Source: Pseudomonadota bacterium (lineage in GTDB: Bacteria > Pseudomonadota > Gammaproteobacteria > Enterobacterales > Enterobacteriaceae). From it: a DNA stretch of 58,672 nt. Below the pieces are notes generated by a model, which was not told where the DNA came from, did no database searches, and saw only the letters and a list, made by a program, of their open reading frames with translations. The position numbers and the translations under genes were made by a program. The stretch spans positions 1-58,672 of the forward strand of contig JBEGTQ010000042.1 of assembly GCA_041179305.1 (NCBI GenBank), read 5' to 3'. Below are positions 35,585 to 44,188 of this stretch, piece by piece; within the stretch, counting starts at the first letter, position 1, and each line of letters opens with the position of its first letter.

Positions 35585-36532
35585 TCAGGCAAGCTGGCAT
35601 GGGATGATAATCTGCTGAGTAAATTGATTATTATTGAATTTAGCGAGCAACTGTTGTGCAGCTTTTAAACCTGCACTGCCATAGCCCAGCTCAACGGATT
35701 GGGTATTAGGGAACAAAAAGTGTAACAACGCCGTATTACCAATACCGCAGACTTGAATATGCTGCATACCCTGTTGTTGCAAATATTTATTCACCCCCAT
35801 AGCGATAGTGTCGGAGGCACACACCAGCGCCGAGGTATCAGATTTTATCACCAGAGGCGCTAGCTGGAACCCACTCTGATAACTCAGCTCACCCAGTGCA
35901 ACTGTCGGTGTCAAGCCATTTTGTTGGCTGTAATCGAGATAAGATTGATAGCGGCAAAGACCGGTAGTGGCATCTGAGGGCTGCACACCGATATAACTGA
36001 TATGGCGATGCCCGGCGCGGCACAGCTTATCCATCAGCAGGCGCACTGCTCCCTCATCATCGTAACATACAGAAGAAAAACCCTCATACTCACGCGCCAG
36101 TACCACCATTTTTTCCTGCCACGGCAAGAGTATTTCCACGCTTAACTCAGTGAAGGCAAACAGGATCACACCATCGACATGGCGCTGTTGCAAAACATTC
36201 AAATGTTCGGCAACCAAATCAGGATCAAACTGGCTCTCCATCAAGATAGGGTCGTAACCTTGCTGATAGAACAGCGGCAGCATGGTGCGAACCGCTTGAT
36301 TTTCAGATGGCGAATCGAGGCGTGAGACAATAATACCCACCACTTTATCGCTCTGCCCTCGCATAACGCGGGCAGATTTTGATGGGGTAAACCCTTGTTC
36401 GCGGATCACCGCCGCAACCCGTTCCCGAGTCTGTGGGCTAACACTGACTTCATTATTCAATACCCGTGAAACCGTGGATTTTCCAACTCCACTCAGGCGG
36501 GCAATATCCTTGATGGTCAAACGTTTTTGCAT
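35585..36532 (-). CDS. treR: Trehalose operon repressor (LacI family)
   Basis: LTIKDIARLSGVGKSTVSRVLN, SRLDSPSEN. Confidence 0.96.
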   Translation of the reverse strand: MQKRLTIKDIARLSGVGKSTVSRVLNNEVSVSPQTRERVAAVIREQGFTPSKSARVMRGQSDKVVGIIVSRLDSPSENQAVRTMLPLFYQQGYDPILMESQFDPDLVAEHLNVLQQRHVDGVILFAFTELSVEILLPWQEKMVVLAREYEGFSSVCYDDEGAVRLLMDKLCRAGHRHISYIGVQPSDATTGLCRYQSYLDYSQQNGLTPTVALGELSYQSGFQLAPLVIKSDTSALVCASDTIAMGVNKYLQQQGMQHIQVCGIGNTALLHFLFPNTQSVELGYGSAGLKAAQQLLAKFNNNQFTQQIIIPCQLA

Positions 36533-36670
36533 GGTTTACCTAATATTTAGGCTTGAAAGCATATAATGAATTAATTTTCAATAACTACCGTATTACTTCT
36601 ATTCACCAGAAAAAGAGAAGTATGGCACCCATAGACTCAGATAATAGTATCTCACTGAGTTGCAACATGT

Positions 36671-36715
36671 TGTTTAGTGGTTGTTTGTTAGCCACTAACC
36701 GTATTTACATAAAAT
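36671..36715 (+). promoter_or_regulatory. PhoP box and -10 of the mgtA promoter
   Basis: TGTTTA-gtggt-TGTTTG (36671-36687) fits (T/G)GTTTA-N5-(T/G)GTTTA; TAAAAT at 36710-36715. Confidence 0.65.
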
Positions 36716-36719
36716 GAGC

Positions 36720-36846
36720 TATACCCAAGTAAATTCAAGATACAGCCAGGCGGCAACTGCGCAAAACCCCAGCAGCTTACTCAAGTAAGTGACTGGGGTG
36801 AGTAAGCATCGCTAACCACGTTGTAACATCAAGCAAAAAGGGTATA
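36720..36846 (+). repeat. Full-length 127-bp ERIC in the mgtA leader
   Basis: TATACCCAAG...CCCCAGCAGCTTACTCAAGTAAGTGACTGGGGTGAG...AAGGGTATA, near-canonical. Confidence 0.92.
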
Positions 36847-36880
36847 GCTATCTTTTCATTTACCGGAGGTTAATTACCCA

Positions 36881-36925
36881 GTGGATCCCATTCCCTCGAC
36901 CCTCACCTTTTGGTGTATCCGGTAA
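36881..36925 (+). CDS. mgtL: MgtL-like leader peptide (Mg2+-sensing attenuator of mgtA)
   Basis: GTG GAT CCC ATT CCC...ATC CGG TAA = MDPIPSTLTFWCIR, bracketed by TACCGGAGG and TCCGGTAAG, the conserved pairing motifs of mgtA leaders. Confidence 0.7.
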   Translation: MDPIPSTLTFWCIR

Positions 36926-37083
36926 GATAACTCCCCTTCTAAGTGGCGGCCTTACCGGATGAATAGCAATCTGGTAAGCAGTCACAGCGCGTTCGTTCCC
37001 CGCGTTGATCTCTGCTGATTACGTTTTTTGCCATCGCTACGGCAGGTTTGCCGTGGGCGTAATATGATAATAAGGTCAGCATC

Positions 37084-39816
37084 ATGCAAGTTAAAAATTT
37101 TACCCGGCAGTTGCTCAATATCTTGAGCCGTAGCCTGCCTCGCCGCCTGATCCGTCGAGAAACCATGTTAGATGGCCTACCACAGGGAAGTGTGGCCAGA
37201 GATCTGCCCGTAGCGCTGACCCAACAGCGTTTGCAGTGCGCTAATGAAACACCACAGCAGCTTTATCAGCGTTTTCATAGCCATTCAGAAGGCCTGACAG
37301 AACATGAAGCGGAGGTTATCCGCCGGCAAAGCGGCAGTAATCTGATTGATAATCAGCAGATGAGCAATGGGTGGGTTCACCTGTGGCATTGCTACCGCAA
37401 TCCGTTTAACTTGCTGCTGACTATTCTGGCCCTCATTTCCTATGCCACCGAGGATCTCACCGCCGCACTGGTGATTAGCGCGATGGTGCTGATTTCCACT
37501 TTGATGCATTTCATTCAGGAAACTCGTTCCAACCGGGCAGCGGATGCCCTGAAAGCAATGGTCAGTAATACTGCTACAGTGATCCGCAGTGATGCCCATA
37601 CCGGTAAAAGTGAGCATCGTGAGTTACCCCTTTCCCAGTTAGTACCCGGCGATATTATCAAACTGTCTGCGGGCGATATGATCCCAGCAGATTTGCGTAT
37701 TCTGGTGGCTAAGGATCTGTTTATTAGCCAGGCCGCTCTGACGGGTGAATCGCTACCGGTTGAAAAAGTGGCGCAATGCCGTAAATATGAAGAACGGAAC
37801 CCACTTGAGCGAGACACACTGTGCTTTATGGGCACCAATACGGTCAGCGGTTCAGCACTGGCTATCGTGATCGGCACCGGTAATCAAACCTATTTCGGCC
37901 TGTTAGCAGAACGTGTAACACATCAGGATGAGCAACCTAACGCCTTCCAAAGTGGTATCAGTAAAATCAGTTGGTTGCTGATTCGCTTTATGCTGGTCAT
38001 GACCCCAATTGTGTTACTGATCAATGGATTTACCAAGGGAGACTGGTGGGAAGCCTCACTATTTGCCTTGTCTGTCGCCGTTGGTTTGACCCCAGAAATG
38101 CTGCCGATGATCGTCACCTCAACATTGGCGAAAGGGGCCGTGAAACTGTCGCAACAAAAAGTAATCGTTAAACGATTGGATGCCATCCAGAACCTTGGCG
38201 CGATGGATATTCTGTGTACCGATAAAACCGGTACCCTGACTCAAGATAAAATCGTACTGGAGAGCCACACTGACGTATTCGGCGCTAACTGTGAGCGCGT
38301 GCTGCGCTACGCCTGGCTCAACAGTTACTATCAAACAGGCTTAAAAAACCTGCTGGACGTAGCGGTGCTGTCTTCAATGGTTGAGTCAAAAGATTCACAA
38401 TCCCAGGCTGCCAATACACTGGCAGATTACCGCAAAATCGATGAAATTCCGTTCGATTTTGAACGCCGCCGCATGTCAGTAGTGATCTGCAATAAATCTG
38501 GCTGTCACGAACTTATTTGTAAAGGAGCATTGGAGGAAATACTCTCCATTTGCCGCCATGTCCGCCAGGGAAATGAAGTCATCTCATTGACCGACACACT
38601 GCTAACGCGCATCCGCCGCATCACCGATGAACAAAATCAGCAAGGGCTACGAGTGGTTGCGGTTGCGACCCGCATCATGCCGAATTATCAACGTGATTAT
38701 GCAATCGCAGATGAGTATGATCTGATTCTGGAAGGGTACATTGCCTTCCTCGACCCACCGAAAGAGAGCACCGCCCCAGCGCTGCAAGCACTAAAACAAA
38801 ACGGTGTAACGGTCAAAATTCTTACCGGTGACAATGAGTTAGTCGCCCGTAAAGTGTGTAAAGACGTCGGGTTATCTGTCGAATGTACTTTATGTGGCAG
38901 CGATATCGAACAAATGACCGACGCAGAGCTGACCGACGCTACCCGCACCACCACGGTATTCGCCAAACTCACCCCGATGCATAAAGAACGCATCGTGCAG
39001 AATCTGCGCCATGCTGGCCATGTGGTCGGTTTTATAGGAGATGGTATCAATGACGCACCGGCAATGCGCGCTGCCGATATTGGCATCTCCGTAGATTCAG
39101 CAGTGGATATCGCCAAAGAAGCCGCCGACATCATTTTGCTGGAAAAGAACCTGATGGTTCTGGAGCAAGGGGTAATTGAAGGTCGCCGCACTTTTGCTAA
39201 CATGCTGAAATACATCAAAATGACTGCCAGTTCTAACTTTGGTAATGTCTTCAGCGTATTGATTGCCAGTGCATTTTTACCTTTCCTGCCGATGTTGCCG
39301 TTACATCTGTTGATTCAGAATCTGATGTACGATATTTCACAAATTGCCATTCCGTTCGATAATGTAGACAAAGAACAACTCACGAAACCACAACATTGGA
39401 AATCCGGTGAATTGGGGCAATTTATGGTGTTCTTTGGCCCGATAAGTTCAATTTTTGACGTGCTGACATTTGGCCTGATGTGGTGGATATTTAAAGCCAA
39501 TACGCCAGAAATGCAGACACTATTCCAGTCCGGCTGGTTTGTTGAAGGGCTGTTATCTCAGACGTTAATTGTGCATATGATTCGTACCCGAAAAATCCCG
39601 TTCATCCAGAGCCGCGCTTCATGGCCACTGTGTCTGATGACGTTGGCGGTCGTCGTGGTCGGTATCGGGCTGACCTTCTCGCCACTGACTGGATTACTGC
39701 AATTGCAGGCGCTACCACTCTCTTACTTCCCGTGGCTGATTATAATTCTGACCGGCTATATGGTGATGACACAACTGGTCAAAGGATGGTTTGTACGGAA
39801 ATATGGATGGCAGTGA
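37084..39816 (+). CDS. mgtA: Mg2+-transporting P-type ATPase
   Basis: DKTGTLT, TGES, GDGIND; MgtA-type N-terminus (LSRSLPRRLIRRE) and treR-adjacent position. Confidence 0.93.
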   Translation: MQVKNFTRQLLNILSRSLPRRLIRRETMLDGLPQGSVARDLPVALTQQRLQCANETPQQLYQRFHSHSEGLTEHEAEVIRRQSGSNLIDNQQMSNGWVHLWHCYRNPFNLLLTILALISYATEDLTAALVISAMVLISTLMHFIQETRSNRAADALKAMVSNTATVIRSDAHTGKSEHRELPLSQLVPGDIIKLSAGDMIPADLRILVAKDLFISQAALTGESLPVEKVAQCRKYEERNPLERDTLCFMGTNTVSGSALAIVIGTGNQTYFGLLAERVTHQDEQPNAFQSGISKISWLLIRFMLVMTPIVLLINGFTKGDWWEASLFALSVAVGLTPEMLPMIVTSTLAKGAVKLSQQKVIVKRLDAIQNLGAMDILCTDKTGTLTQDKIVLESHTDVFGANCERVLRYAWLNSYYQTGLKNLLDVAVLSSMVESKDSQSQAANTLADYRKIDEIPFDFERRRMSVVICNKSGCHELICKGALEEILSICRHVRQGNEVISLTDTLLTRIRRITDEQNQQGLRVVAVATRIMPNYQRDYAIADEYDLILEGYIAFLDPPKESTAPALQALKQNGVTVKILTGDNELVARKVCKDVGLSVECTLCGSDIEQMTDAELTDATRTTTVFAKLTPMHKERIVQNLRHAGHVVGFIGDGINDAPAMRAADIGISVDSAVDIAKEAADIILLEKNLMVLEQGVIEGRRTFANMLKYIKMTASSNFGNVFSVLIASAFLPFLPMLPLHLLIQNLMYDISQIAIPFDNVDKEQLTKPQHWKSGELGQFMVFFGPISSIFDVLTFGLMWWIFKANTPEMQTLFQSGWFVEGLLSQTLIVHMIRTRKIPFIQSRASWPLCLMTLAVVVVGIGLTFSPLTGLLQLQALPLSYFPWLIIILTGYMVMTQLVKGWFVRKYGWQ

Positions 39817-39846
39817 TTTCATTTGGATGCAGATTAGATGACCGAC

Positions 39847-39871
39847 AAGGGGCCATAAGCATGGCGCCCTT
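39847..39871 (+). terminator. Hairpin after mgtA
   Basis: AAGGGGCCAT-aagc-ATGGCGCCCTT. Confidence 0.5.
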
Positions 39872-40148
39872 ATCGGATTCCACACTTACACACCTGTCTT
39901 TTTATCTTAAGTGAAAATGCCAAGTTATTGAAATATCGTTGAATTACCAAAAAAATATTATTAATAATTCAATAAAAATATAATTTATATTATATTAATT
40001 TTCATTAATTTAATTCTCAATCTAATAAAAAATAATTAATTGACATGTTTAATCACTGGTATTAATTTGATAGTTGCTCTATTTAAAAATGTAATCTAAA
40101 TTTAATCTCCTCTGAATGAACGGAGGATAACAAACAAAAGGATTTACT

Positions 40149-40469
40149 ATGAATAAGAAAATTATTTTATCTCTATGTTTAGGTTTGACACCATTTGCCA
40201 GTTTTTCCGCAGTAGAACAGTGTCCGAAAACGGAGAATATCGTGGCCACTAAACAAGAAGTAGATAGTGATAACGTCATGAGTATGGTTTATTGTTCTCC
40301 TTCCGCAACAAGCTGTAAGTGGAAAGGCTACGATCCTATGGCAGAAAAAACAAGTAAAGTTAAAGAATTGTTAAATTATGGTGGTAAAATAACTGAAAAC
40401 AATAACTTAACATATTGCGATTATAAACTAGAAACTGGCGATCAAATAAGAATGACATTGCAAAAATAA
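40149..40469 (+). CDS. Small secreted cysteine-containing hypothetical protein (DUF3757-like by eye)
   Basis: 106 aa, AAGGA RBS, signal peptide MNKKIILSLCLGLTPFASFSA, mature CP...YC...CKWKG...YCDY; AT-rich; own terminator. Confidence 0.8.
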   Translation: MNKKIILSLCLGLTPFASFSAVEQCPKTENIVATKQEVDSDNVMSMVYCSPSATSCKWKGYDPMAEKTSKVKELLNYGGKITENNNLTYCDYKLETGDQIRMTLQK

Positions 40470-40502
40470 TATCAGCACTTTATTTTTATAAACATTCGCT
40501 TG

Positions 40503-40533
40503 AAATAAGCTCGCTTAAGAGAGCTTATTTTTT
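40503..40533 (+). terminator. Intrinsic terminator of the orphan gene
   Basis: AAATAAGCTC-gcttaaga-GAGCTTATTT followed by a T run. Confidence 0.75.
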
Positions 40534-41022
40534 AAAGTGTAAATTTTTTAAATTTCTATCATTAAAATCCTGGTTCATCATTGTCAGAACATTCTCCACC
40601 AAACAAGAAAAATCTTATTTTCAATTTATGTTTAGGGTAGTCAGCAATATTCCATTGGATTATATGGCTATAAATCATCTGGCCTATTCTGAAATCAAAT
40701 TCGACTTAAACAATCAACCACTATGGCTTTAAAAATATCAAAATGCTGGCTACTCAATAAATGGCTCATTGAGCGCTCACGCATAAAGGTGACGAAAAAA
40801 TCATAAATCGCCATCACTTCTTCGTAGCCCATTTTACTGATAGCTAACAGGCCGGGCGAACGTGGTGAGATCGCCGAATAACTTGGCAGATTATTGGTTT
40901 TCTGCGAAATTGTACCAAGATCTCTGATAAACTCAGAAGTAAGGTATTCTATATTTTATCCGTGTAAGTCGTCGTATTACGACGCTTTTTTGAACGATTA
41001 TCTCATTAATTATGGCAGGCTG

Positions 41023-42363
41023 ATGAAAGTAGTCACTCAAGTTGCAGAACAGCGTAAAATGCTGGAACACGCGGTTGCGCAGGCATTGGAATTGGCCGGT
41101 GCCGGCTCTGATGCGGCCGAAGTTGCGGTAAGCAAAACCACTGGGATTAGCGTTAGCACTCGTTTTGGTGAAGTGGAGAACGTGGAATTCAACAGCGATG
41201 GGGCACTGGGAATTACCGTTTATTCCCGACAACGCAAAGGCAGTGCATCCACCACCGATTTAAATCCAGATGCGGTTGCCCGCACCGTCCAGGCAGCACT
41301 GGACATCGCCCGTTATACCTCAGCAGACCCTTACGCCGGTGCCGCAGAAGAGTCGCTGCTGGCCTTTAAGGCACCGGATCTGGATCTGTTCCATCCGAGC
41401 GATTTGGACACTGAACAGGGTATTTTGCTGGCTGCCCACGCCGAACAGACTGCATTGCAGGCTGACAAGCGGATCACCAATACCGAAGGTGGTAGCTTCA
41501 ACAGCCACTATGGCATTAAGGTATTTGGCAACAGCCACGGCATGTTGCAAAGCTATTGCTCCAGCCGCCATTCGCTTTCCAGCAGCGTTATCGCTGAGCA
41601 CAGTGGTAATATGGAACGGGATTACGCTTATACCATTGGTCGGCGGATGGAAGATTTAGCCAGCGCACAATGGGTAGGTGAAGAGTGCGCCCGTCGCACT
41701 TTATCGCGCCTCTCGCCACGCAAACTGCCCACGATGCAATCACCGGTGTTGTTTGCCGCTGAAGTAGCGACCGGCCTGTTTGGTCACTTGGTTTCGGCTA
41801 TCAGCGGCGGCAATATTTATCGCAAATCCACCTTCCTGCTTGATCATTTGGGAAAACAGATTTTACCTGAATGGCTGACCATTGAGGAGCATCCGCACAT
41901 ACTGCGCGGCCTGGCGTCAACGCCGTTCGACGGCGAAGGTGTGCGCACCGTGCAACGTGAAATCGTTAAAGACGGGGTGTTGCAAACTTACCTGCTAACC
42001 AGCTATTCCGCCCGTAAATTGGGGCTACACAGCACCGGCCACGCAGGTGGGATCCATAACTGGCGTATTGCCGGTCAAGGGCAAGATTTCGCCGGTATGC
42101 TGAAGCAATTGGATAAAGGCTTAGTCGTGACCGCGTTGATGGGCCAGGGTGTCAGCACCGTTACCGGTGATTATTCTCGTGGTGCGGCTGGTTTTTGGGT
42201 TGAGAACGGTGAGATTCAGTATCCAGTCAGCGAGGTGACCATCGCCAGTAATCTTAAAGATATGCTGCGCAATATCGTCAGCGTCGGCAGCGATACCGAA
42301 ACTCGTAGTAATATTCAGTGTGGTTCAGTCTTATTATCTGCGATGAAGATCGCAGGCGAATAA
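41023..42363 (+). CDS. pmbA: Metalloprotease subunit PmbA/TldE
   Basis: [12 protein letters not shown] start, [29 protein letters not shown]. Confidence 0.95.
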   Translation: MKVVTQVAEQRKMLEHAVAQALELAGAGSDAAEVAVSKTTGISVSTRFGEVENVEFNSDGALGITVYSRQRKGSASTTDLNPDAVARTVQAALDIARYTSADPYAGAAEESLLAFKAPDLDLFHPSDLDTEQGILLAAHAEQTALQADKRITNTEGGSFNSHYGIKVFGNSHGMLQSYCSSRHSLSSSVIAEHSGNMERDYAYTIGRRMEDLASAQWVGEECARRTLSRLSPRKLPTMQSPVLFAAEVATGLFGHLVSAISGGNIYRKSTFLLDHLGKQILPEWLTIEEHPHILRGLASTPFDGEGVRTVQREIVKDGVLQTYLLTSYSARKLGLHSTGHAGGIHNWRIAGQGQDFAGMLKQLDKGLVVTALMGQGVSTVTGDYSRGAAGFWVENGEIQYPVSEVTIASNLKDMLRNIVSVGSDTETRSNIQCGSVLLSAMKIAGE

Positions 42364-42391
42364 TAATCTTTCTGTCATATTTTTGTTCCAT

Positions 42392-42420
42392 AGCCTGCCT
42401 GTTTAAAATACAGGCAGGCT
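42392..42420 (+). terminator. Hairpin/terminator after pmbA
   Basis: AGCCTGCCTGT-ttaaaat-ACAGGCAGGCT. Confidence 0.7.
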
Positions 42421-42998
42421 TATCTGTTATTCATTTCCCGGTAGTGAAAAAGTACAACTTATTATTGTGTTGTCCTAAGATCACACAAATAAAAACATAG
42501 TGTTGGCAAGTTGTATCCACCACGTATTGAACTTGCAAACCTGACACTATGTAACCAACTGAAAAAAAGCTTTGATATTCAGCGTAGTCAAAAATACATG
42601 ACAGGATTATCAGCATATTCATTGAGCGTAATGATTACTTTTGGTTGACAATCATGGTATTGAATAAAAATAGTGTTTTAAACTACTATTTAATTAATTT
42701 AAAGTGAATAATTTGTATTTTTTATCCATAAAACCATAATCCATCCTTTTAAGTTTATATTTTTCTTTCATTTTTCGAAGTTATGATATAATTAAACGGA
42801 GTCGGTTTTCTACAGGCGTAGATAACCTACCTTTCGTGCCAAATCGCTGCGCAATTTCTGATTTTAATGTAAAGATTGTGTCAATTATGGTACCCACCAA
42901 AACAACCGTTGGCACCAGTGTCTGAAGATATGTACCGCTATCGAATTATGTCCTGATGCGTTACACATTCGCAGTTAACGCATAACGATAGAGTTCAT

Positions 42999-43919
42999 AT
43001 GATAAAGCCGCAAAAGCTCCATATTTCGCTGTTCCGCCTGCGCTATTGGCTAACCTGGTTTGGCCTTGGTGTCCTGTTTTTGCTGGTTCAACTTCCCTAT
43101 CCAATCTTGAATAAATTAGGGGTCTGGCTGGGTCGCACTTCTATGCATTTCCTCAAACGGCGGGTTTCCATCACCCGACGTAATCTGGAACTCTGTTTTC
43201 CTGATATGGACCAACAGACGCGGGAGCGCACCATCGTCGGTAATTTTGAATCTCTGGGCATGGGGTTGCTGGAAACCGGTATGGCATGGTTTTGGCCCGA
43301 TGCTCGCGTTAAGCGCTGGTTTACCGTTACCGGCCTGGATAACCTGAAAAAAGCGCAGGAAGGCAATCGGGGGGTTCTGGTGATTGGTGTTCATTTTATG
43401 TCGCTGGAACTGGGGGGCAGAGTGATGGGGCAATGCCAGCCGATGATGGCCATGTACCGGCCACACAATAATAAAGTGATGGAATTGGTACAAACATGGG
43501 GCCGCATGCGCTCTAATAAGGCGATGCTGGATCGCAAAGATTTGCGTGGTATGGTGCATGCACTGAAGAAAGGTGAAGCTGTATGGTTTGCACCGGATCA
43601 GGACTACGGCGCACGCGGTAGCGTGTTTGCACCGCTGTTTGCAGTGGATCAAGCCGCGACCACCAGTGGGACTTATATGTTGGTTCGCCTGGCAAAACCG
43701 GCACTATTGCCGTTGGTTTTGCTGCGCAAAGCCGATGGCAGTGGCTATAATCTGCTGATCCAGCCTGCGTTGGCAGACTATCCGATTGATGATGAGATAG
43801 CCGCCGCCAGCTACATGAATAAAGTGATCGAAAAAGAGATCATGCGCGCACCTGAACAATATCTGTGGCTACATCGCCGCTTCAAGACCCGCCCTGCCGG
43901 TGCACCATCATTGTATTAG
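42999..43919 (+). CDS. lpxP: Lipid A late acyltransferase, most likely palmitoleoyltransferase LpxP
   Basis: HFMSLELGG, WFAPDQDYG, PEQYLWLHRRFKTRP; HFMSLE and VWFAPD fit LpxP better than LpxL. Confidence 0.82.
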   Translation: MIKPQKLHISLFRLRYWLTWFGLGVLFLLVQLPYPILNKLGVWLGRTSMHFLKRRVSITRRNLELCFPDMDQQTRERTIVGNFESLGMGLLETGMAWFWPDARVKRWFTVTGLDNLKKAQEGNRGVLVIGVHFMSLELGGRVMGQCQPMMAMYRPHNNKVMELVQTWGRMRSNKAMLDRKDLRGMVHALKKGEAVWFAPDQDYGARGSVFAPLFAVDQAATTSGTYMLVRLAKPALLPLVLLRKADGSGYNLLIQPALADYPIDDEIAAASYMNKVIEKEIMRAPEQYLWLHRRFKTRPAGAPSLY

Positions 43920-44001
43920 GTGATTGATCCAATAAGTTCATAGCCCATCAAACATAGTCGTCACGTTCAATCAAAGTACCGATGATCCTATCGTGTATTT
44001 T

Positions 44002-44145
44002 GGTAACGTTGAAGTCACCTTTGCCATAGCTATGTTTCTTCACCACAGGCGTCTGTTCACAAAACGGGCACCTTGCATCAACTTTAGCCGCCTTATGAGT
44101 TCTTTATTGCTCTAAAATCTAATCAGTTACTCACTGATGTTGACC
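44002..44145 (-). mobile_element. IS1-family remnant (left end plus 5' part of insA)
   Basis: Minus strand reads (A)AKVDARCPFCEQTPVVKKHSYGKGD, then after a frameshift QRY, like InsA zinc-finger N-termini (MAKVDVxCPFCxQTxPVKKHGxGxxGHQRY); start codon lost, element truncated. Confidence 0.8.
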
Positions 44146-44188
44146 GGGTTCCCGGTCTGTTTCAGCGGCCTATTCTGTTGCAATGAGT

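Noticed and set aside
40894-41022. 43-aa N-terminal extension of PmbA in the ORF track
   Set aside because: Upstream TTG start through AT-rich promoter DNA; the recognisable protein starts at ATG 41023. Extended starts for gltB, degS, yrbG, treB and the PqaA-like gene were trimmed for the same reason.
42431-42622. 63-aa minus-strand ORF in the pmbA-lpxP spacer
   Set aside because: AT-rich, no clear RBS or motif; probably a chance frame, although a small protein cannot be excluded without a search.
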